NCBI GenBank assembly: GCA_030141605.1
Contig: JAQGDQ010000036.1
Span: forward strand, 310,001 to 374,000
From: Tubiluchus corallicola
Lineage: Eukaryota > Animalia > Priapulida
DNA: 64,000 bases
Direction: 5' to 3'
The notes under the pieces were generated by a model, which made no database searches, was not told where the DNA came from, and saw only the letters and a program-made list of their open reading frames with translations. Position numbers and translations under genes: made by a program. Of this stretch, positions 1 to 13,400 are shown piece by piece. Position 1 is the stretch's first letter; each line of letters begins with the position of its first letter.

Positions 1-3000
1 ATGTGACATTATATGGAATATTTTTGGGGTATACTTTAAAATTGTCTTTTCCTATCATTTAAAAAAACGGCTTAAAGAACTTGAGTAAGTACGTGACCTT
101 TAGTAACATGATTACCTGTATTTAGTATGAAGTATTTTTCTTCGTTGATCATGATGAATTATCAATGTTTTCTAAGATTAGCATGAATTCTCTTTGCTTA
201 CAATGTTTCTACTTTGATGTTATATCACCACTTAGTTTTTCACATCTTCCTAATTTGCACCCCACCTAGAGCATTTGCATATTCCTTCAAGGCTTCAACT
301 ATGGTGACGTACATTGTGAATGGGATATTATTTTCGAGATTCGACCTCACAAATTAAGACTTTATGCAAGCATTCAAGCGTTACAGATAATTTATCACTA
401 TGTATGCATCCACTATAATTTGGCCTATTTTTCATGAGATTTGTTACAGGTTTTTTTAATGTGTTTAGAGGGTTTAAATCATATAATGTAATATAATTAA
501 TACCCGTGCCAACATTTTTGTTCATTACAGTTTTTACATGTATAGAAGTTGGTTACGTAATTATTATGTATAATCAACAGTATACATCCTATTCTTAGAG
601 TTGCACTTTAATTAACATTCAGAAATAGAAGCCAAATCATTTTATTGGACCATGAACATTATCAGATCAATTACACGTATTGCGTAATAATTCCCTTACA
701 AAATATTGCTTAGCATCATGTACACTAACTGACACACAGTTCGTGGTTTCAACTGTTGATCCCTTAAATGCGCCTGGTAGAGTGATTCATCACAACAAAC
801 ATGGCCGTTTTTCTGTAGTGTAGTACTTCTAGTCTGCATTTAGGGTGAAATTAGAATATTAGCAACTTTGCATTTCAGTTATTACATTATTTTGTGAAGG
901 TATTGTTGACTTTGAGTAAGTTTTTCGTAATTCTAAAAAGCATATACCCAAACAGGATTGCTATGCATCATGTATTCCTAATTCTTGTCAATTAATTGAA
1001 TTATTGTGCAATCGGTACTTTCTGGGTGCAAAGAGTCGGCAACGATGGCAAATGGAGTTTTTACCAAGATAATACTGATAAAGAGCTGTTAAATTTAAAT
1101 CTGAAGAATGTTAAGACTTGTGCATGCTTATGGAAATACACGTGCAAACATGCATACATGGTATGAGTGCATATGCATGCTTCATATATATGCTTGTGTC
1201 TATGTATTCCTGTAAGGGCGTACAAGTCAAGATGCACCTGTCAATGGTTAATTAAATGTTTATAATAATTATATGTAGCATATAATTTACTAACACTGTA
1301 ACTATCACGAAATGAAATTAAAAAATACAATATTGAATGTAAGTTATTGTTATGTAGGTGGAATTACACGTAAAGAATTTGTTGTATGTTTTTGCATTAA
1401 CTTTATCACTGTTTTTCTTTTTTGTTGTTGCTATTGTTTTTCTTGTATCTAACTTGTTTTTTTCTAGTAATTTTTGCTGCACATATAGTTTTTAGTTTAT
1501 TAATCTAAGATGTGTAGCTGACTGGATGATCTGGTGGTTTTTCACTATCCTTTCTTTTGCAGCCTCTCAATCACCCCCTAATAAATATTTTCCTCTTTTA
1601 TGTTTGCACAAATTTTACATGCTTAACCAGTTGTGTATAAGGTTTTCTTGCAATAAACATTTCTATGCCTAAGATATTTTTGTAAAGCTTTGCATTTATA
1701 ATCATAATTGCAAGAGAAACAATGCATATGTGCTATAGTTAGCAAAATTAGGAAAAGAAATTTATTATCCAACAAGGCCTATTACAACAAGCCACTGCGA
1801 ATAAATTTCAAAATTCAGTCTTGGCTTATCTAATGTATTTAAATCTTTCTTACAGCAAGCTCTGATATTACAATTTTTTGCTTATTACGAAAAAATTTTA
1901 CCGCTCCATGATCGTACTTCCCTGAAAATAACAGGTTGGAGTTCTAAAACAAAAGGCAAAATGGGCATCATTCACCAAGGGCAAATATTTGTCAATACTA
2001 TAGCTTGAATGATGCAATTGAAGCCTTTGCTAAACTTCAGTAATATTTAAATCATCACCAGCAACTGATAATGATGTGTTTGCATGCCTTTCAAAACTTG
2101 ACAGCTCTTTGAATGAATCTATAGTGCAATTTAATGTGAAATAAGCAACATTAACCTGGTTTTCCAAAAAAAAAACTATTCTGTTTTCCAAAATAAATAA
2201 CTCTGTAATTTTTCAAACTTTAATTTTGAAATACTGTAATGCTTATAATCATTTATACTGTGCATGCACGTCACAGTGAATCACAGCAGTAGTTTAGAAA
2301 AGCAACTTGGGCTGACAATAAAAATACTTCTGTTTCCGTCTAATCGCTCAGGTAATACTTTTTTATTGCACTCAGTCAGGAATTTTATAATTTTTTTTTA
2401 CATTCATATACCTACCTGACGATGTCATGTAAAAGCATATTTCTAACTTAAAATGTAAAACGCAATAATTATTATTATTATTTTGGCGAGGACACAGCCT
2501 TGTTTTTCTAAGGCTCTTGGAAAAAGTATCGTATTTTCCACCAGATCAGAGTATTAACGGCCGAGTAGTCTTATACCATAATTATCAAACCATATGTTCA
2601 TAACGTATAAAAAGAGACTATACAATAATTTAGTGATGCGAAATAAAAAACTAAAAAAAAACAAAGTGTGAAAAAATATGCATTTAAAATGGAAAAAAAT
2701 TAAAACATTACTGCTAACCAGGTGGGAAAAAAACTTTGATTTCAACTAAGTTTACATATTCCACGATTGACACATTAAAAATTTGCAAAGCTTAGTTAAA
2801 AAAATTGTTTTCAAAAAAATTCCTCTTTACCTACTGACGTCTTCTGAACTCATGAGGTAGGACAGAAACAATTTTTTTGTGGCTGCCCTTATGGGGCTGT
2901 ATTATGCAGGAATTTATAGCGTAAAATGCTGGCTTAATCCTAGAAATAACAGATTAAATACTACATAATACTATATAAGTTTACTTTTTTTGTGTGAAAT

Positions 3001-3107
3001 AATTGCAGAACAGTGCTACTGATTAAAAAACTTGTGCCAGTGTCAAAAGAAAATACTTTTATTGTTACGTCATATCAGCCATATAGGCTTCATTTCTATG
3101 TTGCACA

Positions 3108-3204
3108 TACACTCAAACAATTGACTTCAGCTATAACAAGACGAGGTTATAACGAGCAAATTTTCGTGTTCACTTAAAATTCGGTATAAGCAGATTATAC
3201 TGTA
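3108..3204. mobile_element. Short Tc1/mariner-pogo-like MITE remnant
   Basis: TA-flanked ends TACACT... / ...ATACTGTA with repeated TATAAC motifs. Confidence 0.3.
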
Positions 3205-3923
3205 TTTACAAAATTCTCTTCATAATTTTTGGAGACTAGCCTGTTTATTGTATGGACTGAAGAAGTGATTTTTGAACATAATAACTGCATAAATCTTAAT
3301 TGTATTTTAAAAAAGTTGTGCTTAAATTGCAATGTTAATTCACTATTATCGGAATAGAGTGTAGGCCTACCGTACAAGACATTTAGTGAAAATTTGTACT
3401 AGCAAGTTTGACCTCTATATTTAAATTATTTCCGTACTTTGATAAGGTATAGGAAATGTTGTCTAGTTAAGGTCGACAATTTTGGGTCTATCTGTTTTTA
3501 TGAATGTGTGTCTACTGTTGCTCAGTAGATACTAGTAGATGTGAACTGTCTGCACAGTAATGGTGAAGAAATTTAGGGTACTAGTAATCCTAATTTGATC
3601 AAAAGTAAGCTCAGTTGTTTTCCTTTTGCATTTTTTGGATTTTTGTCCAAACTTTAGAGCTGCAGTAAATAAATTATAGTTGTCAGGTTACTGAAACTAG
3701 ATAACTCTTTTTAAGCCACCAATATAAAAGTGTATGCATCAACAAGATAATAAAATTAGTACATCATGCAGCCTTACCAGTCTATGTAGTCACTGAGGTG
3801 TACAAAGTGAACAAAAAAAACAAATTTATTGTGATGCATAAACTGAATAAGCACTACTAATAAGCACAACAATGTATTATGAACGTCTTTAATTAAATAT
3901 TAACATTTGCAGCCGAAGATACC

Positions 3924-4373
3924 ATGGCACCATCAGTTTCAAAAGGATTTGACTGCAACTCGAGTCCAGCTACTATTGCCAAAAAAACTACAAAACCTGA
4001 TAAGAGGAGCCCAGAATACCGGCTGCGTCGTGATCGAAACAATATTGCTGTCAAAAAAAGTCGCACAAAAATGAGGATGCAAGCAAAGGAAACACTAGAA
4101 AAAGTCAACAGATTGAAAATTGAGAATATTGCATTGGAGTCAAAGGTACAGCTTCTCACAAAGGAACTAGAATTACTCCGAGACCTGCTGCTTAGCTATG
4201 CTCGAGGAGCTACATATCAACCCGGTTGGCCAGTTGAAGAACATGCTACTCCTTTAGATGGTGGTCCCGATGACACAGCAGTGGTACCTGTAGATGAAGC
4301 TTCGGAAGGTGGCGTGATCACTGATGAAGAATGTACCACTGCTGATGAAAATAATATTAATATGCAGGCATAG
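3924..4373 (+). CDS. CEBPG: CCAAT/enhancer-binding protein gamma (bZIP), 149 aa, single coding exon
   Basis: The bZIP EYRLRRDRNNIAVKKSR...ETLEKVNRLKIENIALESKVQLLTKELELLRDL closely matches C/EBP-gamma. The protein is short and has no N-terminal activation domain. Kozak context accATGg. A splice acceptor (ttgcag, AG at 3911-3912) implies an upstream, probably non-coding exon. Confidence 0.93.
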   Translation: MAPSVSKGFDCNSSPATIAKKTTKPDKRSPEYRLRRDRNNIAVKKSRTKMRMQAKETLEKVNRLKIENIALESKVQLLTKELELLRDLLLSYARGATYQPGWPVEEHATPLDGGPDDTAVVPVDEASEGGVITDEECTTADENNINMQA

Positions 4374-7300
4374 CTAGCAGGCAGTGGCTTCTACCTGTGG
4401 AGCCTCTTGATCACTATACAAAACCAGACCTATCATGGTAGCTAGCACACGTGAAAGAACAGAGTTAGCTATATATTATTACTTTTATGTACTTGACAAA
4501 GTTATCCTAGATTTGCCTAAGCCTTTTTAATTTGAAAGGAACTGATATACTGCATTCGGACTCATTATAATGTTGGGTCTCAGATTTGCTAATACAGTGT
4601 TAAAACACAGATGGAGTAAGACAAAGTTCAAACAAATTCATATCAATTATAATCTTAAATGGGGCATTCTTGTTATTAGCAATGAGATGAACCCACAATT
4701 ACCATTTTTTAAACCAAACTGGGCCAAGTGAAGGAAATATGAAAAAGTGAAAACTAGATTAGAAACCAAGGACATTTGGATTGTAAGTCAACGTTCCCTG
4801 CTCCAAATCCACTCTTAGTCTCAACTTTTTTGCATTTTCTTTGAGCAAGTTTGGTTTCAAAAACTTCATAAATGCAGGTTTGTTCTATCAGTAAAAATTT
4901 TCAGTTAAGATACGATTAATTTGTTACCTACGTTTTTACATAAACAGTGGTTTTATTAAACATTATGTACAGTTAAAACATGTACAGTCTGAACCTTTCA
5001 TGTGTTCTTGAAAATATCCAGTCTTATGTTAAAGGTGAGAGAAGCTGTACCAATGCTTTTTTGCAGTTTATGAGCTGTGACTCTATCTGTTGTGCCAAAC
5101 TGCCTGTTTAAAATGTCTGGTGAGCACTTTTGGTAACAGTTACATGACAGAACAAAATTTTAAATCTGCAAACCACTAATTGGGCCTGTTGCCATATCTG
5201 ACAAGGCATTTTTTAATTTTCTTTCACTTCTCATTTTTATGACCTCCAAGTTTGAAGAAAAGTCTGAAAGAACAAACCAGATATCCTTTTACTCCCAACA
5301 TCACTCTTTTACTCTCACTTTTTTTACTCTGTACAGTAAATTTGACTTAAACTTCTCTACATTTGCTTTTTCATTTTTCCACGTTTTTCGTTCACAGTTC
5401 ACTGAAGGTAGCAAAGGCAGTTGTGTTTAACGATTCTCTGTGCTGTAATATGTGTGTTCTGCCACATATCTACATAGAAACCCTCTGGGATTTGAGCTTT
5501 CATATGTTAGATAACAGGTATTGCCAGTTAACAAGAAGAATTGCTGCAGCCCTGGAGGTTTTAAAACAACCTCATGTTTTCAATGGTTGGGTAATATAAA
5601 CTGATTGCATTATTTAATTTACATTTAAGGTGCATAAATTTACAGTACACTTATTTATGGAAAATGGCATCTTTCTGAGTTAGGGACTGGAACAAGAAAA
5701 AAGATTAGTGAGTCTAGCATTATAACGCAGTCTGACTGCAGTAACTCTTAATGTTAATAATGGTAGTGTATGATATTTAGCTATTAAAATATTAAAAATA
5801 TGTTTGTTCAATAAAGTTTGAAGACTTCCTTAGCTTGTGTACACTTAACAGTTACTATTGCAAGCAGCAATGCTATATATTTCGACATTTTACTATTTCT
5901 TAATTTTTTACATTTAAACATAATTAATCTTTGACAAAAGTTTAGTAGTTGACAGAATATTACAAAACTGATTCTAATTTAGTAGCAATTTATTCATCTT
6001 ACCTTATTTTCTTTGTTTAGCATTAACCAATATATTCATATTAGACACATGCATGTTAGTAAAACTTTTTTCATAGTTGGGAATTAAGTTACAGTTTAGT
6101 TTTCTGATTTTTTTGCGACATAATTCATGTTGGTCTGTTATTAACAGACTTTATGTGTGCTTAAAAAGGTTTAATTTTATTTTAATTCAAAAATTTGATT
6201 CTATAAAAGTGCTGTGAAAAGTATATCAGTTCTCTTTATCGTGTTTGTGTGATAAAGTCAATAAAAGAGAAGCACTGATAAGAGCTTTTGTAAGGATAGA
6301 ATCCAGCGATCTAGAAATTGCAAATAATGTTTCAGAAATCAAAGAATTCACATAATTGACGGCCATTGTTGTTTGTGCTCTCTTAATTAGTTTGAATAAA
6401 GTATATAAATATTGTAAATATGCAACATAATGTCTCGAATATTGTTTTTGTCAGATTGTAGTTTGTTTTTAGAAAAAGACTACTCATGTAATTGCCTTGC
6501 AACCAAACCAGTTACAAGAGTTTTTTTAAAATGTTGAGTTTTTCCCATTGACATAACTCCTATGATTTAATATGGGCAATTCATCTTTAATGCTAATAAT
6601 ATCTGGGCAATGTTTTCTTGCATTCATTTATTTTGCTGCTTTTTTGTACAAATCTTCTCTGGCTTTTGTTAAGCCTTTCAATAGTTCTTATTACACATAT
6701 AGTAGGAATTTGCTGGGCATTATAAGAGAAACAAATGATGAGTTTTTAAATTTCTAAGATTATAATTTATTGTATTAGTATACACAAAGCTGCAATACAG
6801 CTGTACAAATAACATAATAACTAAAACAATGTCATAACTCGCTACTCGAGCTGACGTAAAATTTTAATAGTTGATAAACAAAGAGTATTTGCATATGTTC
6901 TTATATAAGGCACACTTGTCACAAATCACAAATTATCATATCATTAAATTTAAAATATTGTAAAGTAAGAGGACTAAAATCATATATCTTGTACTTTTGC
7001 TATACTATCAAATGATTTAGTAAGGCACAATAGTTTATATTTCTGCTAGTGTGAAAATCATCTATAAAATAAGACACGTTTTGGTGATTACTAATATGCA
7101 GACTTTCATTAAAACTGCTTAGCTGCCTGTAAAAGTTAAAATTATATTATCATGAAAGTAAAGAGGAAATGTTTTACAATTAATATGATACTTCATTTTT
7201 AATGACTGGATAACTGCATTACATTTTATGTTAGAGATTCCATCGTTTAACATCGGCCAGTTCACGTTTGATATCATGTTATATACTGGGAGAAACAATT

Positions 7301-8511
7301 CTTTCCGAATATGTATAGCTAAAGTCTAATTAAAACATTAATCGACAATTTACTAACGTTAAAGAGGTGACCTTATTTTACCCTTATAAAAGTATTATTA
7401 GGATTTCTAATACTATTGCAACACAGTCATCATAAAAATGTTTTGTTGTTTATATGACTCAATCCTATTAATTATCATAGGCCATACTATCAAAATGATT
7501 TCAAACAACGTAATACGAAGCTATAACTACAGCTTATAGAACAATATTTGTATACACAGACTTACGTTATGCATGCTATAATTAATAGTCTAACTACAAC
7601 TAAAAGCCATAATGCATTGACGCTTGTATACTGTATATAGGTCAACTAAAATAGAAACTTTGAGAAAACAAATTAGTGTTCACATGAGATCATTTCAATA
7701 AAAAACATTTAAATAAAAGTAGGTGTTTTTTGTTTTTGTTATGCGGCAGCTAATTTCGAGTGAAGCTGCAGGTGTGAAATGATTTCATGTGAATACGATT
7801 TAAAATATTTTACTAAACCAAGCCCATTCAATCTTATGCTCAGTTCTTCAGCTTTACTAGCTAAAAATGTCATTAAATTTTAATAAAAAGGGTCAAGAAA
7901 TGACCTTTAATCTTATTGATGGAAGACATTGTGATTTGTTGCACACGTGGTTGCCGCCATCATTTTTAAAGCTATCAGGTATATAGTCACTTCACAAACA
8001 TTTAAAACGATTAAATAGGGCATTAATAATCAATAACTACTTGGATATAATAACTATTGATGTATATACACACGCTTCCGCAAAGAAATATATACAACGA
8101 ATAAAATGCATAAATATTATATAGTAAATGGCTAATATTAGTTACTAAAATAATTTTGTGCAGAATATCGTCTTGCGCCAAGCAATGTTTTGTTTAATAA
8201 TTTTTGCTTTCTATAATACAGCAGATATGGTAATTAATGCAGTACACGGTTCGTCTTCGAATTATATCAAGAATTTTTTTTTGGAAATGAACGTGAAATT
8301 TACGAAAGGCCATAAAATTGAAAGTGACCAGTAATTTGGTAAAGTATTGACATTAAAATGAAAAATCTTATTATAAAAGCAGTTTTTCGTTTAGGCCTAA
8401 TTCTTCTGCATACATCTACATCATACATCGTTCTTGCCCATAACTGATTTTAATTATTTAGAATTTGCTTCCAGTATGCTATTCAAACAAAACACAATAA
8501 ACGTTTGTGAA

Positions 8512-8853
8512 CAGGCCCGACGAGAGAGAGGGCAGGAGTGGCCTGGGCCCGAGCGTGCAGGGGGCGCGAGAAGATTAAGGATTACTAGAGTTTTATATAG
8601 CTGAAGCTGCTAAAGTTTTTTCTTCATAAAGTTGTCTACGTGATTAGCTATTTCTTCTTCTCGTTTTTCTAGCTTTTCCCTCATCAATAGTACATTTTTG
8701 ACTGGTGGAGGCATTGGAAATAATGGGGAATTGGCGGAATCGTGTGTATGGTTCATTTCTGTGTTTAGTTCAACTTTATATAATGTTTTGGCGCTTGGAG
8801 TGGGCCCTTAGTGCTTGCTGTCCCGGGGCCCGCAATAGCTCTCGACAGCCCTG
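8512..8853. mobile_element. MITE (hAT-like) in the probable ESRP 3' UTR
   Basis: Imperfect TIRs CAGGCCCGACGAGAG / CTCTCGACAGCCCTG (12/15). GC-rich GGGCCC subterminal motifs. 8-bp flanks TTTGTGAA / GATGTGAA resemble a decayed TSD. Confidence 0.65.
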
Positions 8854-10434
8854 GATGTGAAGTAATGAAAATTGAAAACCAGAAAATTACAAAGCCTAAT
8901 GTCTTCTTGGATCTTTGAAGGACTGGAGCAGTAGAAATATTTCATCTACTATATCGGCCCCAAATAATTCATGTTCATCATTAACTGGTCAGTTTTCGAC
9001 TAGACGTTGCATAAGGCTGCTTATAATAATTAATATAATGTCACTCATATAAGTAAATAGTTACAAGATTACGCCTGTATACTTAAGATATTATATTATC
9101 TGCACGAAGTTAACAAATGCGCTTTTTATTATAAGCCTAGTTGACTATTGTTATGAGGTATTTAAGGCTAACTTTCTGCGAGCATCTAGCATTTTTAGAT
9201 TTGCATTAAAAGCGTCATTCACACTGTCTCTGAAAGACATTTCACCGAGACGTCTTTGCTCAAGTTTAAGTAAAAAACTCTGTGACACGATCTTAAAGTA
9301 ATCAGCCTCACAGTAACAAGGGTTCAAAAAAGGGTAAAATATCGCTTTAGTACCTCGATTTAGTACTCTTTTTTATATCCCTCTCACATATCAGGTAACT
9401 TTCTTACTTTCTGTGTATGGTGGCAGCTACTTTCAAAAAGAAAAAAGTAGAAAGGTCGATCGTATCGCTAAAATGTTTTTTTATTTAAAAAAAATGCTTT
9501 TGTACTACTGCAGCAATCGCCATCAGACTTATGTTTGCAAGGTCAGGATTGATTCCATGCTAACATTGCGAATTTTCGTAGACCTATGCCCGTCTCTTCC
9601 TATCAGTCAAGTTATTTATAGTCAACTTCGACAGGAAGTCCGGATTCGACCTGGGACCCTAAAACGATATTTTACCTAAAAGACTAGGGTTTTATATTGC
9701 TGCGATCACCAACGAACTCAATGTCTGGAAAGCCAAGAATTCCAGGTAACATTGTACGCTGAGATCGCCTTTCAAATCTTGCACTTTATAAGATCTAATT
9801 ATCGCCGTAACCACAGAAGTACCAAACCGATGTGAATTATTGTGTATTCTAGTGCTTATCACTCCAAAATTTTAATGTTGAATAGCATGTTGACCCAAGA
9901 AAACCCTTATACCACCACAGTGACCAAACCTTATACTCACTTTTTCCATTAACCTAATGCTGACATTATAATACTTGCCTAAATATTTTTGGGACTACAA
10001 GAAGCCTTCCTAAACCTTACCCGAAAAAAGTTATTTAGAAATTATAGGTAGAAAAAAGTTTCAATACCTTACGACAAATCTACTGCATAAAGTGCGCATG
10101 ACAACTAAAGCAATAAAAATTACTTTTTAGCTAAATTAATTATCATAAATTTATAAATCATGCATTAAATAAAAACAACCAATTCATAAATGGAAACATT
10201 AATATAATACGCCCTATATAAAATAACTGGGCCTCTTTGCGTTCAAGTAAATATCTTGGCGTAGCATTTTAGCCGAATTTGTGCAAATCAGCACTTTATA
10301 GTAGCTACAGATTTGGCGTGCTATTCAAATGCCAAATGTTGCAAGATTCTTCGGTTTATCTTGCTAACATAGTTATCATTAGTGTTGCTGGAGCTATTAT
10401 TTTCGCTAACGAACCTCATAAATCTCGATTGGCT

Positions 10435-13400
10435 TTATGCCATGAACAGTTCTATGTAGCGATTCCCAATGTTCTGACGATTTTTTTCTTGGATTGCTCT
10501 TTCAGCTTCAGCTCTACTCACAAATGTCACGTATGCATCCCCGCTAGGCCTTCCGTCTGGGTTTCTCTGCAGCTGAATGCTTTCAGGCAAAACCTATTTA
10601 TTAAATAAATATTTTGATAGAAGCACAAAACATAAATGTTGTGTACAGCAACTAGTGCAATATTTAAAAATATGTTAATTTAGTTTTCAGCGCAGTAGGC
10701 ATGCTTTCCCTTGACCAATAGACTCCTGGATTGGTGTCATTGTCGCCGCCGTGTTTCTTGTTTGTGATATTATGAGAGACTTTGAACACTAAAAATTACT
10801 TTCTTTATAATAATTTAAATTTGTATGTATTGCATGTTTGCAATTGGTATATGCAGAAGTAAATAAATGGTTATGTTTTGTAAGTTTTGTGTATATTTTT
10901 GTGCATGTTTATATGAATATACCCTAACTGTAGATGCATTGTGCTTTTTCTTGATAAGCATTTTGCTTGAAGCTTCCTCACAATTTTGTTGATCCTAGAA
11001 ATACAACAAATTGTATTTCTTGATTTTGTTGATCCTATAATAGTTTAGTATCATCTGTGATATTTCTGTACTATTTTTCACTATAAACAATAAATATCTA
11101 AATTATCAAACAGAAATTAAATATATAGTCGCAGTTGCTTGAAACAAAGATGTGCGCTTACCTCTGGGAAGCCGTGGAAGAAGCCTAGAATGTCATTCAG
11201 CCCGGCATTGAAAGGAAGCCCTCTCATGACGACCACAGTTGGTCCATTATGTGTTGTGTAATAGCTGGTAGGTGACACTGGTGGACTTGGGTAAGGACTG
11301 GCAAATGGCCAATAATATACAGGAGATACAGGCGAATAATAAGCTGTTGGAGTTCTTGGAGATTGAGCAATGGGACTGATTGGAATGATAGCTGGTGCTG
11401 GCTGAGGAACTGGGATTTGTGAGAACGGATACGCAGAAGGGAATGCTTGTGGCAAAAGCGGTCCTCCTAAAGCAAATTAAATTTATTTAAAGATACTTTT
11501 CCCACTAAGTATCAGACTGAATGGTTAGTTGAATCTATTTTTCCGTCAGCCCTTTCTTGTGGTGCTCAAAGTATTAGCTAGAACAGGGCACGGGAACATA
11601 GTGATTTTAGACTTATTAGGCCGTTCACTAATTGGGGGCTATGTTCCACAACACATTCACTGCTCATACTTGCATTTAAGAGGCAACGTTAATCAAATGT
11701 TACACAGCTTCTGTTAATTCAATAATAATTTCTGAACCAGCAATGATTTTATTAAAAATAACAGGAGCGCTGTAAGTAGTACTGGTAACAGCGTGTTACT
11801 GCGTCGTGGCGACATCTAATGACAAAGAACCAAGAGCCTTAAAAATTACTCTTTTAAAGCAGTAAAAGCTAGAGTAACTCTAAAACAACGTCACCGCAAA
11901 ACAAAAGTGGCTCTGAGACAATCAAGTTTGCGTAATACTAACCAGGTGATATGATTGTTGGTGCAGCTGGTCTGTTGACTAGTACTGGCCCGCCCTGCAA
12001 AACAACGTTCATGTCGTCTCCTGAACACTGGAACACTTCAATATAACGCTGCTTCTTGCCTATATACATGTTTTTGTGGTGACGATCAGCTGCTGCTAAA
12101 AATGCTGCATGATCAGAATTCATCTGTATGAATGCTTCCCCTGATGGCTGGCCCTATCATGACAAAAGGATACTTCAAAATTTAATATTATTTAAGCAAC
12201 ATTTCCGTTTTTTGCCATAAGTCACATAGTTTTATAGCACCTCCAGTCCTGGGTTTTTTACTTTTTGAAATAATCAAACTAATCATTCATCAATCACAAA
12301 CAAAAAAGCGCGTTTCTAAGTTTATATACTTCAGAAATGGAAAACCAACACCTTCAATAGAGGAAAAACTGTTTACGAGCAGCAATATTTATTATCGGTC
12401 TAGAGATTGCAAGTAATGCTGCTGATGTAGTGTTATTTCCAATATTAATAATATTGAAGATTTTAAGAGATTTTTTAAGTATTTATAAAGTACTCCTTCA
12501 TTATTATAACATTGTAGACATTATGACAGAGCTAAAATAGAGGCGACTTCCACCATATGAAAGTATGTAGTAGCATAAGTGCAGCACCTGTGCATTGAAA
12601 ACCATGTGAACGCCTTGGTAGACAATATTTTTGGAATGTTCTCCTAAGAACTCCAGGATATTTTCAACACGAGCCTCAAATGGTAAACCCCTAAGTCTGA
12701 TGCAGTCTTTCCGTGCTCCACTTGTGATGATTTGCTGTGGAATTAAAGAAACCTAAAAAAAGAAAATGACATAATAATACTGAATTGTAGCAAACAGTAT
12801 AATTAAACAGAACAATATGACAGAAAATATAGTAGTGCCTGTGACTTGTTTTTATGAGGTTTCTTCATAAGAGATTCATCAGGAAGGAGATTATGTATAC
12901 AATAATTACAATTTAATTTAACTGCTCCCTTCAATGTTTTCCTATTGCGACCTGTTAATTTAAGATTTTCAGTTGGCGTCAATGGAGGGCACAACTGCCC
13001 AAAACAATTTTGTATAAATAATGCATAAATAATTAAATGATTATGGTCACAGTTTCACTGTATAAGTCAACAAGATTTTTCAAATTAATTATAGGTGATG
13101 ATTGGCATCGGGAAAACTACTCAGGCACAGTCGTCTTTTCGTCGTTACACAGCAGAATTGTAAGACTGCTTAATTTATTTAAAGAACTGAAAAGTTCGAA
13201 AGATTAAAGACAATGTATATTGAGAGGTGGTGCCATCGGTTGACCATAAATGTAAACATGGCATAGAAGAAGCAATAAAATTATAATTGCTGGTTCTGTA
13301 ACCCAATAAATATGAACACATTCTAAGTCAAACTTTTACTGTGCAAAGCGACAGTGTCGCCATTTACAGAGTTCATGCTAACGATTGATGCGAACGAAGT

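Noticed and set aside
3893-4159. Antisense ORF over CEBPG (likewise 10279-10608, 13818-14018, 58529-58723)
   Set aside because: Shadow ORFs opposite real exons with no recognisable protein features.
12164-12173. U12-donor-like GTATCCTTTT just upstream of the ESRP exon 12 acceptor
   Set aside because: It lies within the pyrimidine tract, no downstream U12 branch site was found, and such a motif is plausible by chance in a 28-kb AT-rich gene.
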